A stretch of DNA of 58,291 nt, filler included, from Sluysia triapertura (lineage: Eukaryota): NCBI GenBank assembly GCA_046118255.1. It is 4 parts of 4 records of this genome, joined end to end, with 100 filler letters (N's around TTAATTAATTAA, not from the genome) between each part and the next. Parts side by side here need not be neighbours in the genome. Positions count along the whole stretch, not along the records: positions 25,964 to 41,976 come from JBJNIA010212921.1; 3 more parts are not named here. One strand, written 5' to 3'. Both the position numbers and the translations under genes were made by a program. How positions within the stretch are numbered: position 1 is the stretch's first letter; each line of letters opens with the position of its first letter. This document shows positions 27,060 to 40,600 of this stretch, in pieces. The notes beneath the pieces are model-generated. The model did not search any database. It was given only the letters and a program-made list of their open reading frames with translations, and was not told the DNA's origin.

Positions 27060-28541
27060 ATGGATTTTCAACCTATAACAAACATGAATTATTTGAGTCG
27101 TGCGTTTCAAGATGATTCCTTCTCAGCTTATAGTAATTCCGATTCGTATATTGGAAACAATTTTAGTACATCTAAAACTGATGCTAATGCACAGTATGTT
27201 AATCAGCCGATCATTTCCAATGTAAAACAGAATTGCGTATATGTTTCTAACTCGTTTCCTGTAGATAAATCTTTCAATTTAAATACATCGAATTCATCAT
27301 CAGATGTACAATTCGGATCAAGCTTTTCATTCCATGACAAAGTATTAGCTCAACATAAAGTGAATGTTAAAATTTATGACGTGACCAATTTGAACAACGT
27401 TACAAGTGGTCGAGACGATTTCATTTCTATTAGTTCTAATCATTCGACTGATCCAGGAAGAAGAGAATTAATACAACAGCAATTGTCACTATTCCTTCAT
27501 GCGCATGAACTGATTGAAGCACAATGTCGTAAAGATTCTAACGAACTAATTAAAGAACAATTTTATAAAGATATTATTAATTTGATTAAAGCACAATGTC
27601 GTAAAGATTCTAACGAACTAATCAAAGAACAATTTTGTAAAGATACTATTGAAATGATCAAAAAACGATTCGTCAAGCATAAAGACTATGTACTTGGTAT
27701 GATGTTATTATATAATTACGCAATTATTACGACACAATCTGAATTGTGTAACGAGACTAACGTACCTCAAATTACTAACGGTCCGCGAGTATTTCATTTG
27801 TTCCTGCCATTTAATGTATTCATATGCAGATGTGATCACATTATAAACAATAGAGGTAATGTTTTAACATTAATTATTAACTACATCTATTATAACATGT
27901 ATTTATATATTATTTATCACAGTTTCGGAAAACTAACAATCAGTGAAACTGGAACATGGAACGAGTTGGAGTCTGCAGAAATCTTCCTAAAGCTATATAC
28001 GATTTTAAATAACATTTTCTTTTTAGGAATATTAATAAATAATCAATTTTGTTATCTTTATATATTTTACTGTGCTAAGATAAAATTAAAAATTATTCAT
28101 GATAATTCTTCGATCTTGATTTTTTTTAAACTTAAAGTTGTAGATGAAGTATTGATTACCACAACCAATATTAAAGAGATAGATATCAAACAAAGTTTCA
28201 ATACCTCAGTCCTCAAAATAAATTGTAATCTAACGGTTATATTTCAGAGAATTTTAAAAATAATAAATTCTGTATCTTCCGAAAATAATATAAGTCAAGT
28301 GAGAATTAACTACAATACCATTAGATCTTCTATTTTTAAATATTTTGAACATTGTAAACAATTTTGTAAGAATACTGTTGATCATAAAATCAAACATATT
28401 TTTAAGTTAACCATGTCCTTAAAGGATCATGCAAGAGTTCATAGATGTCATACCTTCGTTCATAAGATATTAGTACATATTATCAACAAAAATGAATATA
28501 CATTTTCAAAATTCAAAATGTATAATTTATACTTTGTATAA
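27060..28541 (+). CDS. Intronless 493-aa hypothetical protein containing the first helix of a CBP/p300 TAZ1 domain and a 24-aa tandem duplication
   Basis: A 1.5-kb open frame is unlikely by chance at this AT content. DPGRRELIQQQLSLFLHAH resembles CBP DPEKRKLIQQQLVLLLHAH. A 72-bp repeat starts at 27511 and 27583. Confidence 0.7.
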   Translation: MDFQPITNMNYLSRAFQDDSFSAYSNSDSYIGNNFSTSKTDANAQYVNQPIISNVKQNCVYVSNSFPVDKSFNLNTSNSSSDVQFGSSFSFHDKVLAQHKVNVKIYDVTNLNNVTSGRDDFISISSNHSTDPGRRELIQQQLSLFLHAHELIEAQCRKDSNELIKEQFYKDIINLIKAQCRKDSNELIKEQFCKDTIEMIKKRFVKHKDYVLGMMLLYNYAIITTQSELCNETNVPQITNGPRVFHLFLPFNVFICRCDHIINNRGNVLTLIINYIYYNMYLYIIYHSFGKLTISETGTWNELESAEIFLKLYTILNNIFFLGILINNQFCYLYIFYCAKIKLKIIHDNSSILIFFKLKVVDEVLITTTNIKEIDIKQSFNTSVLKINCNLTVIFQRILKIINSVSSENNISQVRINYNTIRSSIFKYFEHCKQFCKNTVDHKIKHIFKLTMSLKDHARVHRCHTFVHKILVHIINKNEYTFSKFKMYNLYFV

Positions 28542-28608
28542 TTTATCGCCCTCAAAGCCATCATATACCATACAATGCTCTACAACATACAACAACAAAA
28601 CTTTAAAA

Positions 28609-29706
28609 TCAACTTTTTCCCCCATATATGTTGTAATCGCAGAATGTAAGGTGTTCTCGTAGTGGTTTTGATCGATGGGAGAACCAAACATCTTCATGTT
28701 TTATGATGCTGCTCAACGTCTTTATTGGTGAACGTTGGCAGATTGTAATAAATTTTTGTAACTGACAGACTACGCACTTAACTTGGATTGTAATCCTGTC
28801 GTTGCAATCATATATTGTGTATTCTGGAGTACTGTTTATTTGTTTGGGATTTGTTATTTTCAGGATTTGTCTGCCTGCAGATTTATTATTGGATAACGTC
28901 TGTGATGTAGTGTTGTCGACTGTTTCTGAAGGCTGGGCCTTTTTCTGATGTTTATTGTTGTTTTTTGCTTTTCGGTCATTGCTCTGGTTGTTGTGGTCCG
29001 ACTTGTCTTTATTTATTTTGGCGGGAGTCTTTATATAACATGTTTGATTGCGACCAGATGTAGTATTGTAGTTGGGTTTGAAACGTTGTTTGATATCGTC
29101 AGTGATTGTTTCGTTTTGATTAACTAAATTGGATCTATTTTGATACTGCGTGTGTATGGTGCTGTGGTTTGTAGGTTTGGTTGTATTGTTTGGCATTTTG
29201 CCTCCGTTGCCAATTTGTCCTCAAGTTGTGGTGCGCTTTTTGCCGGTTCGAGTTCGACCCTATTGGGCTTATAGTCGTACCTGATATACCCATTTTACAT
29301 ATTTGGACATAGGTTTTATTAGGGGTGGACAGATATTTCGAGGGTGTCCATTTATATTGCGGGGGTAGTTGAGGCGATAGTTCGCTCTGGGACGGCGCTC
29401 CTAGACGTGCGAACCCGGTAATTTTAAATTCTTGTTGGGGTTTAACTTTTAGGCGCTCCGGAGTGAAAGATCTGGAACATGTGGTGGTAAAACCGTAACC
29501 TAGAATTTTGTTTGATTTTGGCAAAGGGTTTTTGTAAGTTATTAGTGGATGTTTATTATGTTTATTACGTGAATGTTTATTCAGTATTGTGGATGATGAG
29601 GTGTTGCTTGTTGGATGTCTTTGTGTGGGGTATGTGTTTGTTTTGCTTGAAGGAATTTGTCGTCCAAACTGGTTACCACCCTTACCAACGATGACAGCTT
29701 ATTCAT
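28609..29706 (-). pseudogene. Frameshifted gene: low-complexity N/Q/T/K region plus C-terminal ubiquitin-like domain
   Basis: Overlapping ORFs 29135-29524 and 28609-29196. ITIQVKCV...FSHRSKPLREHLTFCDYNI resembles ubiquitin MQIFVK...LIFAGKQLEDGRTLSDYNI. Confidence 0.55.
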
Positions 29707-29784
29707 ATTTTCATCATGCTGTCAACGTTGATGATGGTTGATAACCAGTCATCAACATTTTATTTGACATTAATTTTGCTAGTA

Positions 29785-29844
29785 CTCCACCCAATCAAGT
29801 CGTCATCATTTTAATTCATTATTTGTTAATATGATTGGGTGGAG
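29785..29844. promoter_or_regulatory. Inverted pair of CCAAT boxes upstream of the UBL gene
   Basis: ctccacccaatca ... tgattgggtggag, a perfect 13-bp inverted repeat; further ccaat/attgg motifs to ~29930. Confidence 0.5.
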
Positions 29845-32800
29845 CTAAAAATAGCAATGCAGAGTTTCCAATGGTCATTTTTTCAATTGGAGCTAAAAAT
29901 AATCAGCAGCAATTTAGTACTTCTCATTGGCTGGCTATTATTTTGAAGGTGCTATTGAAGGTGCTATTATTTTTCTTTTGCACTTTTGTCTAATAATATT
30001 TTTATTATAATTTATTGTTAATTTAACAAAAATTTCATTTTTCAGAAATTATTGAATCAAATTATTACATTTTTTGTATATTTTAAAATAGTCAAATATT
30101 GGAAGTTTTTAGTATATGATACTTTTCTCACGATTAATTCTAATGAAAATTCAATTTCAAATATTATAATTTTTCTTATGCGATTTTTAAATAGATTTAG
30201 AATAGAATATGATGTTAGAGATGAAACATTCCTCAGAATGAATCTGTGAAGGATTCTAGAGCAATTCGAAATATTATTAGAGATATCAGTGATTTTGAAA
30301 ATTGTTCTCAATCAGATAAAAGTATGTTTTGGAAAAGTGATGATTATAATTGTTGCATGTTAAATAATGAAGTTAAATGCTACAAATTTCTTGATGTACA
30401 AGATTAATTAAAACATTATAATGAATGTTCTCAAAGTCTATTACTGAATTTCCATGTTTCTTTTTTCAAAATTTTCAAACAAAAAGTTATCGAGCAAAAT
30501 GTGTAAAGTCCATTGCACATTTGAAAACAATTGTTAAACGAGTAATCACATACGCAACACTAAAAACATCGTGTAACATTAAATTAATCAATCATAGTAA
30601 GATTCCTATGTCAACAGCCTCTAAGATTAGTGAAAATTTTAAATTTGAATTTACGTAAATTAAAGACAATAAGAGTATATTTTTGTGATGTTTTGCAAGA
30701 AAAGACAAGTATTTTAATGAAATAAGCATTTAGACGGGTCATAGTGTCAGTTATATAACATGATACGGTTATATTTTATTTAGAGTTGTTTAAATTATTG
30801 AGCTTTAGTATAAACACATTTGATAATATCGAAGAATTGGCAACTAAGTTGTTCATCGTGGTGCAAGAAAATCGCTTAGAAAATATATAAAAACCCATAT
30901 TGCTGATTGCCGAAACTTCACTTTGTATGTTGGAAATGGTTTCTTACAAATAAAAACAGTAGTGTTTGTTATTTTATCTTGTCAATTCGTGTAATGTTTT
31001 GGTGTTTTGTTGTTTGATTTATATGTTTTAATAGTTCATGAATTTAAGTATTATAAATCTTTTAAATTTAAATACAACTTTAATTTTTACGAAAACTTTC
31101 ATAAATTTAATAATGTTTATCATAAAATGTTTTATATAAAAATTAATAAAGAACAAAAGATAAAAACATTAACCTTACCACAACCATTTAAAATAATAAT
31201 ATTTAAAACGAAAAATAATAATATAAAAAGACAATTAATAAAATATTTTAAATGATCGCTTTAAAATAATACTAACATTAATACTGGAACGAGATATATT
31301 TCTCTTCTCTCATTCGACGAGAAGTAGTGTATACAATTGAAAATTTTTTGGTATTACAGCAAATATTGTTATTTTAGATATTTTATTGTTATCTTGGTTT
31401 TATATGTTATTGATTCTAATCGAGATTTTTTAAGTTTAATGTGTCTTAAAGAAACCACATTATTTCACTTAAAATCTTTTAATTGGAGTTTATTTTCCGA
31501 TTTAATGAAGGTTAAATTTTCTTAATTAAAATGATTTTAATTAGTTCTATTTTGTTTTTTGTTTTGTTCAGCTGTGGTGATATTAATTACATTAATAATT
31601 AACACAAACCTTTGTTACTTAAATATTTTTGTGATTTATTCGTAAATTTTAAGTCGTGCTGGGCTTAAGCAAATAGAAAAAAGATTAAAAGACCCTTTAA
31701 GATATATTGTACAATTTTATAAATTAAAGTCATAGATACAGACACGCACACAACATGTTTTAAGCCTTGTATTACAGCCTAACCTATTGATTAGTTTATT
31801 TTGCTTGAGTGATCTGATAAGACGACAGCAAATATAATATTTTGTTATTTAATCCAAACTAAACAATTTTATCTCTAACTCATGTTTGAAGTTCATTTAA
31901 TTAGATAAATTTACTTCGGGTATCTTTCTGATGTCTTCAGCCAATAATAATAATCCTAAAATATGACAAAGATCAGCATCCATGTTATTTCGGCTATGTA
32001 GAATTTTAAATTTTAAGAAACGTGTCTGGAATATCAACGTTTATCGATGTATTCGCATTTGTTTAAAGTGTTATCATTTTGATTTTCCTGTTTTTTCTAA
32101 TTATAGAAAAAGTTTCGTTAAATTTTTTGAACTAACAAAAGTAGAGACGAAAATTATTCAAGATCATTTTGATTAATTTATAAAATGTTGTGAAAGTGTT
32201 AGATGTATTTTATTGCCCTAAGGATGAGAAGTTCAGTAATTCTACTTTTTATATTACTGCAGTATACGACACGTTTCCAACAGTAACTATTACAAAATTT
32301 AAGTGTTGCTGTAGCCATGCTATTACTAATAATTTTAGATATAACAGACAAGATATTGAAATAAATAAACTTTTAAACGATTATTCTAATTTCTCACAAT
32401 TTCTTTAATAATTAAAAAATATTAACAATTAATAAAGACATTAAACAGGAAAGTGATTAATGATTAATAAATATAAGTCAAGATTTATTAATTTCGATTG
32501 TTTGATGATTTTAAAACTATCTTCTCTAAAAGAAAATATTTTGTTGCATAATTCCAGGCTTCTTTAGTTGACTATGTTATGTTTATATTTCTTGTTTTAA
32601 ACCGCGAATAAGGAGTTTAATCCAATAACAAAAGAATTTCAATATTAGCCTTTCGGATTAGTTCAGATTTAACCAAGATTCGATATAACATTTTTATCTT
32701 TAAAAGTTTCATTGTTTTATTTATAGGTCAAATATAAATCAATAGTGCCAATTATTCAAAAACTGAAATCAATTTTTCCACTTATCGTTTCAATCTGTAA

Positions 32801-33779
32801 AATATCTATTTTCTGACAGAAAGATTATCAAATTATGTTTTTCGGAAAATACTGCTTATAAAGTTCTCATCATCCAACACAAAATGAGAAAATGAGTCAC
32901 TTTCCAAAATAAAAATTTATTAATATTTACTTTTTTGTTTTTATACTGATACTATGAAGAATTACGCTAATAACAGAAATAATTATTAATTTGCTTTAAT
33001 TACTGATAATATCTAGAAATTAATCCTATATTAATATTTTATCTACAACTTTCAATATTTCATTTTCATAGTACATAAATTTGAAACTTTTAATATGAAG
33101 CACAATGTAACTGCATAATATTAAAATTTCACTGTAATTATTGCGTTTAGATAAATTAGTGTTTTTCATTTTGATTAGACATGGTAAAATAATAATATGC
33201 ACTTTTATGTTACATTTTTATTTTCACTTATTTTAATTATGGCATATGAACATATTTACAATTATTTTGCATTCTAATAATTATTTTTCAACTTAAATTT
33301 TAATGTTTGATTATATTTTTTGGAAACATTCAGAAATGGTTTTAAATTTTGTGTAAAAACTTGCTATCGATGATTTTGCAAAAGTATCATTAATATCTTT
33401 CTTTGAACTATATCAACGCTGCTTGTTTCATTTAAACAAACAAATATTCGAAAGTTTGGAGAATTATATTTAAAGAATTTAGGTTGCAATGAATACACAA
33501 AATTCGGATGTCCAGAAATTTATTGCATATTTGAAAATCTAAATTTTGTTGTGGCAGCAGGAAAAGTAAAATGTAACCTGAATTCAAAATTCATTAATAA
33601 TAATAATAATGATAGTAATAATAATAATAATAGTAATAATAATAAAACAATAATAATTAAATGAATTACCTAACCTACTGTCATATCTCGCCTTTATCTC
33701 ACTGTTATTATCTTAAAATGTTTTACAATTAAATAATTGAATTAAATTACATGTATATTCGCAAATGTTCAAGTTAACC

Positions 33780-33960
33780 ATATGAAAGGACAAACACAGG
33801 ATTAATTGACCACATTATTACGTTAAAAGTTTGAATTTGGTATTGATATTGTTGGACACAGTATCAGACACAATAATTATTATTACCGGAAGATTTGCAA
33901 ACAGTACATTAACAATTTTCAATTGCAAAGATTTATTTGTTCTACTGTTAGGGTAAGTTA
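33780..33960 (+). mobile_element. Possible Ty3/gypsy integrase remnant
   Basis: KFEFGIDIVG resembles PFE.IGIDIVGP; the remainder is degraded. Confidence 0.35.
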
Positions 33961-34487
33961 ATTGTTTATAAGTCTATTTTCTATTAACGAAAAAATAATT
34001 TACTACTTAACAAACATTACATCATAACATAGGTTAATTCAGATATAATAAATTTATTAACATTCTGATAACCAATTGTAAAGGAAATAATCTAATTTAT
34101 AAGTTGTATGATAAATCAATGTGTATAATTAATCGTGATTTGTAAAACATAATATTTTAGTTGAATAACTAATTCATAATCTGTAATACCTTTGTGTTAG
34201 ACTGAACGTGTATATTTATAATTAATTTTAATTTATATTTCTGTGTTTTAGTACCTTTCGCGCTATTATATCTGTAAGAATATAGTAAATAAAAAATTTC
34301 AATACTTAAACTAAAATATTCCGAGAAAAATCCTATAGTAACGTCTTTTTACTACAAAATATACTACAAAATAGGTGAAGCCGTGTTAGAAGACAATTTT
34401 GCATATAGGAATTAAGTAATAAAATAAAAACATGACAATTATGATAAAATATATTACACAATTGAATAATAATTGAATAGGAATGGA

Positions 34488-34752
34488 TAAATTTTATTTC
34501 AACTTTAATTGAAATTGGTAGGAACTATCTTAATTTTCTTATCACCTGTTTATCTTTTAATTGCAATGGGAAATGATTTGCTTACATAATGAATAAAATA
34601 TAATAAATTTTGTGTATAAATTTTATTTCAACTTTAATTGAAATTGGTATGAATTATCTTAACTTTATTATCACCTGTTAATAGGCAAAAAGTTTGTGTT
34701 TTAATTACAATGGGATAAAATAAAATATAAATAATGAATAAAATATAATAAA
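34488..34752. repeat. Tandem duplication (~130-bp unit)
   Basis: taaattttatttcaactttaattgaaattggta.gaa.tatcttaa.ttt.ttatcacctgtt...ataatgaataaaatataataaa occurs twice. Confidence 0.85.
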
Positions 34753-37044
34753 GGCAACTAGGATTCCTATTAGACTAATTATAATGTTACATAAATAAGT
34801 TATATAAAATTAAACGGAGTAAAAGACTCACTAAGATGTTGTCTTGCTTCAAACTTATGTCAAGAATATTCAAAAAATTCTACAATTTGTTAAAAAATAT
34901 GAGAACTAATCGTCTAATAATAAAACTTCTAAAACTTCAATTATACTTTTAAAAACAATAATTCCTTGATTTAGGAAGTTCACTTCAGAATTAGTCGTAC
35001 TAACATTAATATCTATATTTTTCAAGGAAATTGTAAACAGATAAAAACAAAAGGCAGGCTTAGATTTGTAGATGTAGATGAATTAGAATATAAAGTTTCG
35101 ATTGAATTTTCCATCGTATTTGCTCGATTAGAATCTGGATAATGAATTTCACATTCAGTTTTATTCATTGTTCCTTAAATAATTTGGAAATCTTCTCATT
35201 AACGTGACTGCCTCTATTTTTATATTAACTCGATTCATTTCATCGATATACTTTTGTCTATAAAAATAAGAATTAACAAGTTGAAAAACGATTGTTATTA
35301 CTTTTATCGTGATTATTATAACCAATAATAAAACGACAAATGTCGTTGGTTCATTAAACAGAATTTAAACATAAGTTGGATCATGCTGTTTACAGTCGAA
35401 ATGATACTTATTATATTGAAATAATACTTTACGTAATATTCTGAAAGTCATTTCCTCTTGTTTCTTTTTAGTAGCACACCTTTGGATACAATTTTGGATA
35501 TCACAAACAATTATATAATTAACATTTTTCGCATAAATCAACAATAAAAAATATAAAAATAAATATTATTTAAACAGCTCTTTAAAAATAGTTTCTAAAT
35601 ATTTGCAATATTTCAATAAGAAAAATCATGATATATGAATTGGCAGCTACAGCAATTAATTCATATTTCATTGGGATGATAAAAGAGTTACTATGTAATA
35701 ACTTAATTTTTCTGACAATAATATCGATAATGACATTATTAATGATGAATTACTAATGCAATAATAATAATCATACATATATTCATACTTAAACTTACAC
35801 TTACCAATAAATAAATTTATTATTATAAGGTCTCCTGCAATCCTAGACGTACGAGTGACTTTAAAATGTAACTTATTGCTTTAAACCTAATGTAGGGGTG
35901 CAATATTGTTATTTTTAATTGATAAAAAGTAGTTCTAGTATTGTGGAGATTACTTACGTTAACTTATAAAATTTGGTGAAGTGTTTTAATTTCTGTTTAA
36001 AAGCGAGATTAGATTAGTGAATTTATATTAGATTCTAATTAAAAAGCATCTCTAAGATAAATGAACTTACAACCGAATTCTAGAATCGGCTTTAGAAATA
36101 AAACAACAAATTTTACAAGCTTTATAAATTAATTATTTATATCAATTAAAATTTCCGTCAAAAGAACGAAATTAATCTTTTAAAATTTTTCTTTGATCCT
36201 TATTACCACTTGAAATCAGTATATTTTTCCATCGATAAAATTGGTTATTGACTGAATGACGATTGAGTTTATAAATTTTGCAACTATAAAAATGTAAAAG
36301 ACAGACAAATTCTTTTAACAATTAACAGTTATTACTTTAATTCAGGAGAAAATTACTCAAATTTAACAAAATTTTATTCAACAAATCTAATTAGAAAGAA
36401 ATTATAATAAATTATGTGACAGCTTATAATAAATATAAAGATAATGAGCAAAATTTATTAACAATTTGACTTTACAAGATTATTATTATTATTATAAAAA
36501 CAATAATCCAACGAACTTAGATTAGCTTTATTTTACTGATCGGAACATTTAAAAAGATCCGAGAAAAAACATAATGCTTTAAGTGATAATTTATACACAT
36601 AAAACGTGTTATTTAGTAAAAACTAACGATTAATCCTCAAACAAATTCAATATCAATTTTTTCAATAGTCAACAATTTTTTTGCCGAATAATATATCTTA
36701 AAGGTACAGAGTTGTTGAGCAACCAATTTAGTTATTACAAATTTTTTTTAAAAAATGTAGCTGCTTAAGAAAAATTTTATAAAATTATTGTTGTGAAAAC
36801 ATTACCTTTGGTGTTCTTTTTAAACTCTTAATTTAATGATACGATTAATAACGGTAACAGCTTGACTTATTTTATTATTTTATACATATTATTAATTATT
36901 ATTATTCCTTTATTATATTATTTATTATTATTGATGATGATTCATCTCTAGTTAATCGTTATTTCATGATTTTTTATATGAACATAAAATATGACACAAA
37001 ATATGATTATGATTGGCACACAGAACATTATTATGATAATATGA

Positions 37045-37045
<1 letters not shown>

Positions 37046-37101
<56 letters not shown>
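37046..37101. repeat. (ATT)n microsatellite
   Basis: Direct reading. Confidence 0.95.
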
Positions 37102-39199
37102 CATTATACAGTTTATTATTGAAATTATATTTATTATTACAATAATAGAATATATATGACTCAATATTAAAATCTTCTTAACTTTGTAACGAAATGGCTA
37201 CATCAAGTCGAAATCATTTTTAGACTGGAATATTAAACTTGAAAAATTCTAAAATCCCAAGGATATGTCTAAGAAAATTGAAAGGCTTTTTTACTGGAGC
37301 AATAAGACGAATTCTGACTAATTGAAACAGACTAATTGAGAATGATGCGATACTGAGTTCTTTTTATGTTATGAATGTTTAATTAATTGTTTTAAGTAAT
37401 TACGATTAAATGTGATTATTCTGCTTAAGTTCTGATTTTATTTAATGTAAACAATGATCCTAATGTTGCTTAATGATTTTATTTTACCTTGGAGAAGGTT
37501 CTGATGATCTGAACTGACTAATAAAAAGAAATACACAAGATGTAACATGAACTTAAGTATGTGGAAGTTGTAAGGACTATGCAGTTGTGATTTCTTTGTT
37601 TGTAAAAGTTTTGATTGTTTGAGTGTATCATATCAGAGATAAATTGCAGATTATGAAGTGAGCCACATGAATCTCTTTAAAATGACCGCTGAAAGTGATT
37701 TACAAAAAGATTTTAGTTCCACTGTACCAGTATATCATAATTGCGATATTAAAAACTAAAATAAATTTTGTTTTTCAATTATTAGACATAATTTTCAGCT
37801 ATGAAGGAAAGTATAAATATAATTTTAGGTTATTAAATATCAATTATTTTGATGAAAACTTATATTATCAGAATATTAACAAAAAAATCGTGCAGTGAAA
37901 ACTAAATCAACTCATAATAATTAAAACAAGCACCATCACAATCAACACCTCATACATAAATAAATTACTAAACAGATTACTCGATACATTCAAAACACAA
38001 ACACAGTCATAATAATTTATAATTACTATAGTTTTAAATTGTTATTATCATAATTATTATTACAATATAGTTACTATTGTTATAATAATTTAAATATTGT
38101 CGCTTTAATAACTATCGTCATAAAAATATTAAATTGTTACGATAATTTTGTAATTATTGTTATAACCAATGTTGTTAATGTTGTAACTGTTACTATTATC
38201 ATTGTTTCAATGCTTGATTTCTGTTTCCTTTTGTATGCATGTTTACTTCTTTTCTGTATGTATGTTAATCTTTATTTTTGTCTCATTTGTGTTGTTAGTT
38301 TGTCCTTATATTTTTTTGCATTGTTACTCTTAGTATTATTACTACAAAGAATGAAGGAAGACTTGCATTTAATTCGTACAATATAATGTAACCCAGAACG
38401 ACATCAGAAATTGCCAATTAATTTGTACTTTTGTGGTTTAATGATCATGAAATTGAACATCATTATTTATAAGACACAACTGAAAAAGTAAAGCAAGTCT
38501 GTATTTATTCAGTTACAGAATATTTCGAAGAACCTATTCAACCAACAGGTGGATTTAGCCATCCTCAATAGACTAGTAAATCACTACATAATTCTCATTC
38601 TATTCGTTATAAAAAGTAGAATTCGGCAAATCCACACAATTATTCAAAACAGTCTATTGCTAATTTTATGATATTCTTTGGGTATCAATTAAAATGTTTC
38701 AACTATCTTTGTATGTTTACATGTATGATAAACTTTAAAAAGCAAAGAAGGACTAATTTGAAAACATTAAAAAAAAGAAAATGAGTGTCTGATTGTCAAA
38801 CTTCATTCAAATTTAGAAGATATTGTACTATGATAGTGTTTATTTGTTGATTTACACTATCATTTTTGAAAAATATCAATTTTGTTCATTAAACTGTAAT
38901 TATACTTAAAATTGGCTATTTTGCTGTAACACATTATATTAACAATATTTTGGTTTTCAAACCTCATCTGAAAAAATGTATATCATTATTATAATTGTTA
39001 TTTTGCATAATTATTTATATTTATAAAATATTAAAATTATGTAAATTTTTTGCGTCTTTATTTAAAATTATTAACAATATCTTAATAATTAAATTAACTC
39101 AAAATTTTCAGTCTTCAGTAATCGTAAAATGGTTACTAATTATTGATTATTCTCTAACTGCAGTAAACTTTCAATGTTCACAGACTAAATGCAAATTCT

Positions 39200-40600
39200 A
39201 ATTATATATTAAAATCCTTGTAAATTCACTTAACAGGTACAATACTGTTACGCCTTAAATCAATAATAACAATAATCCAATATTAATTTAATGCACTTCA
39301 ATAAAACCTCAAATGATTTCAATATTCACTAAATCAAATACAACTTATCACCAATTTTCTTATCCTATTAATGATATTTATTCAACTCAAAAATTATTTA
39401 CTATTTTCACATTAAAAAACTCAAAGTCAACAATAGTTCTGTTTATTATGGATTTTAAGCAGGCATAATATGTTCAAAAAATAGAGGTGACGCAACAGCA
39501 TCTATATATCTAAATATCTATACCCATAAAGTTAACAACAATAATAATTATTATTATATATTTTCGAACAGCCTTAGCAGAAAAATTACAAAATAATCCG
39601 TACAGGGATTTTCCCAAAAATAAAATTATTTAATTAAATTAAAATAAATTTATAATTAGAAATACTTCAAAAGAAATCGGGCAGGAAGCGTTCCCAAAAA
39701 CTCAGATTTATTTGGCGATATCTTAAAAAATAACTGTACTGGTAAAAATTAACTGAATATTTTACACAAAAGTTATTTACTTCATAAATCTTGTTAATGA
39801 TAAAAATAATAAAATAATAATAATAAACATTATAATAATAAAGAAAAATCATGGATTTTATGTTTTCATCATCACTACACGCTATGATCGATTGTGTTTT
39901 TTATTTTTTAAATATTCGCTTTTATATCTCTGTATCGTCTAATCAATTTCAAATAAATTCACTATCATGAATTACTCTTACACAAATTATCAAAACCTCT
40001 TTTAAACATTAAACCGACTAAAATCACTTTGGCATTTACATGGTACCACCTATCAAGCAAAACATAACAATTAGATTAACAATCAACTCACATTTTTTTC
40101 TTCTATTCTACTAGATCTATTTTTTCATGAATCACTTCTTATAAAAAATAACAATTATTATTATTGACATACTAAATAATGATGAATTTAACTTTAGTTT
40201 TTACTTTTTAATTAATTTTCAATTCCTCACACTCAATTTTTTAATGAAAAATGTTTAAGATTCTCACTCCCAAACCAACCATTTCACAAATATTTCAACC
40301 TTATTTTCGAATCCTCCTATTTCATAGCAATCACTCCATACCCAACTCATTATATCTTCATCATTCTAAATATGAAAATTTCATCATTTTAAATTAAAAA
40401 TTAATTAAAATTCGACTTTGTTCAATATGGAAGCTTTCCTCGCATGAATTTGGTCAAACATCATCTTCATCGGAAGTTCTCTTTAAAACACATACATGTA
40501 CTGTTACAATGTTAACATAGCATTCCTCATTCAAAAGTTATTCACACAAAGGTAATTTTTCTTAATTAAGTTAATTAAGATTTTAATTAATTAATTAATT
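39200..40600 (-). repeat. ~1.3-kb dispersed repeat, inverted copy of 56665-57880
   Basis: Shared terminus ttaattaattaaaa(a)tcttaattaacttaattaagaaaaa.tac.ttt.tgtgaataact, followed by colinear blocks (cgatgaag...gtttgacc...ttcat, aaggcg.aaca). Confidence 0.85.

Noticed and set aside
38350-38580. Alternative genetic code (TAA/TAG read-through)
   Set aside because: The conserved genes in the window have no internal TAA/TAG, and the RhoGAP gene ends with TAA. The standard code fits.
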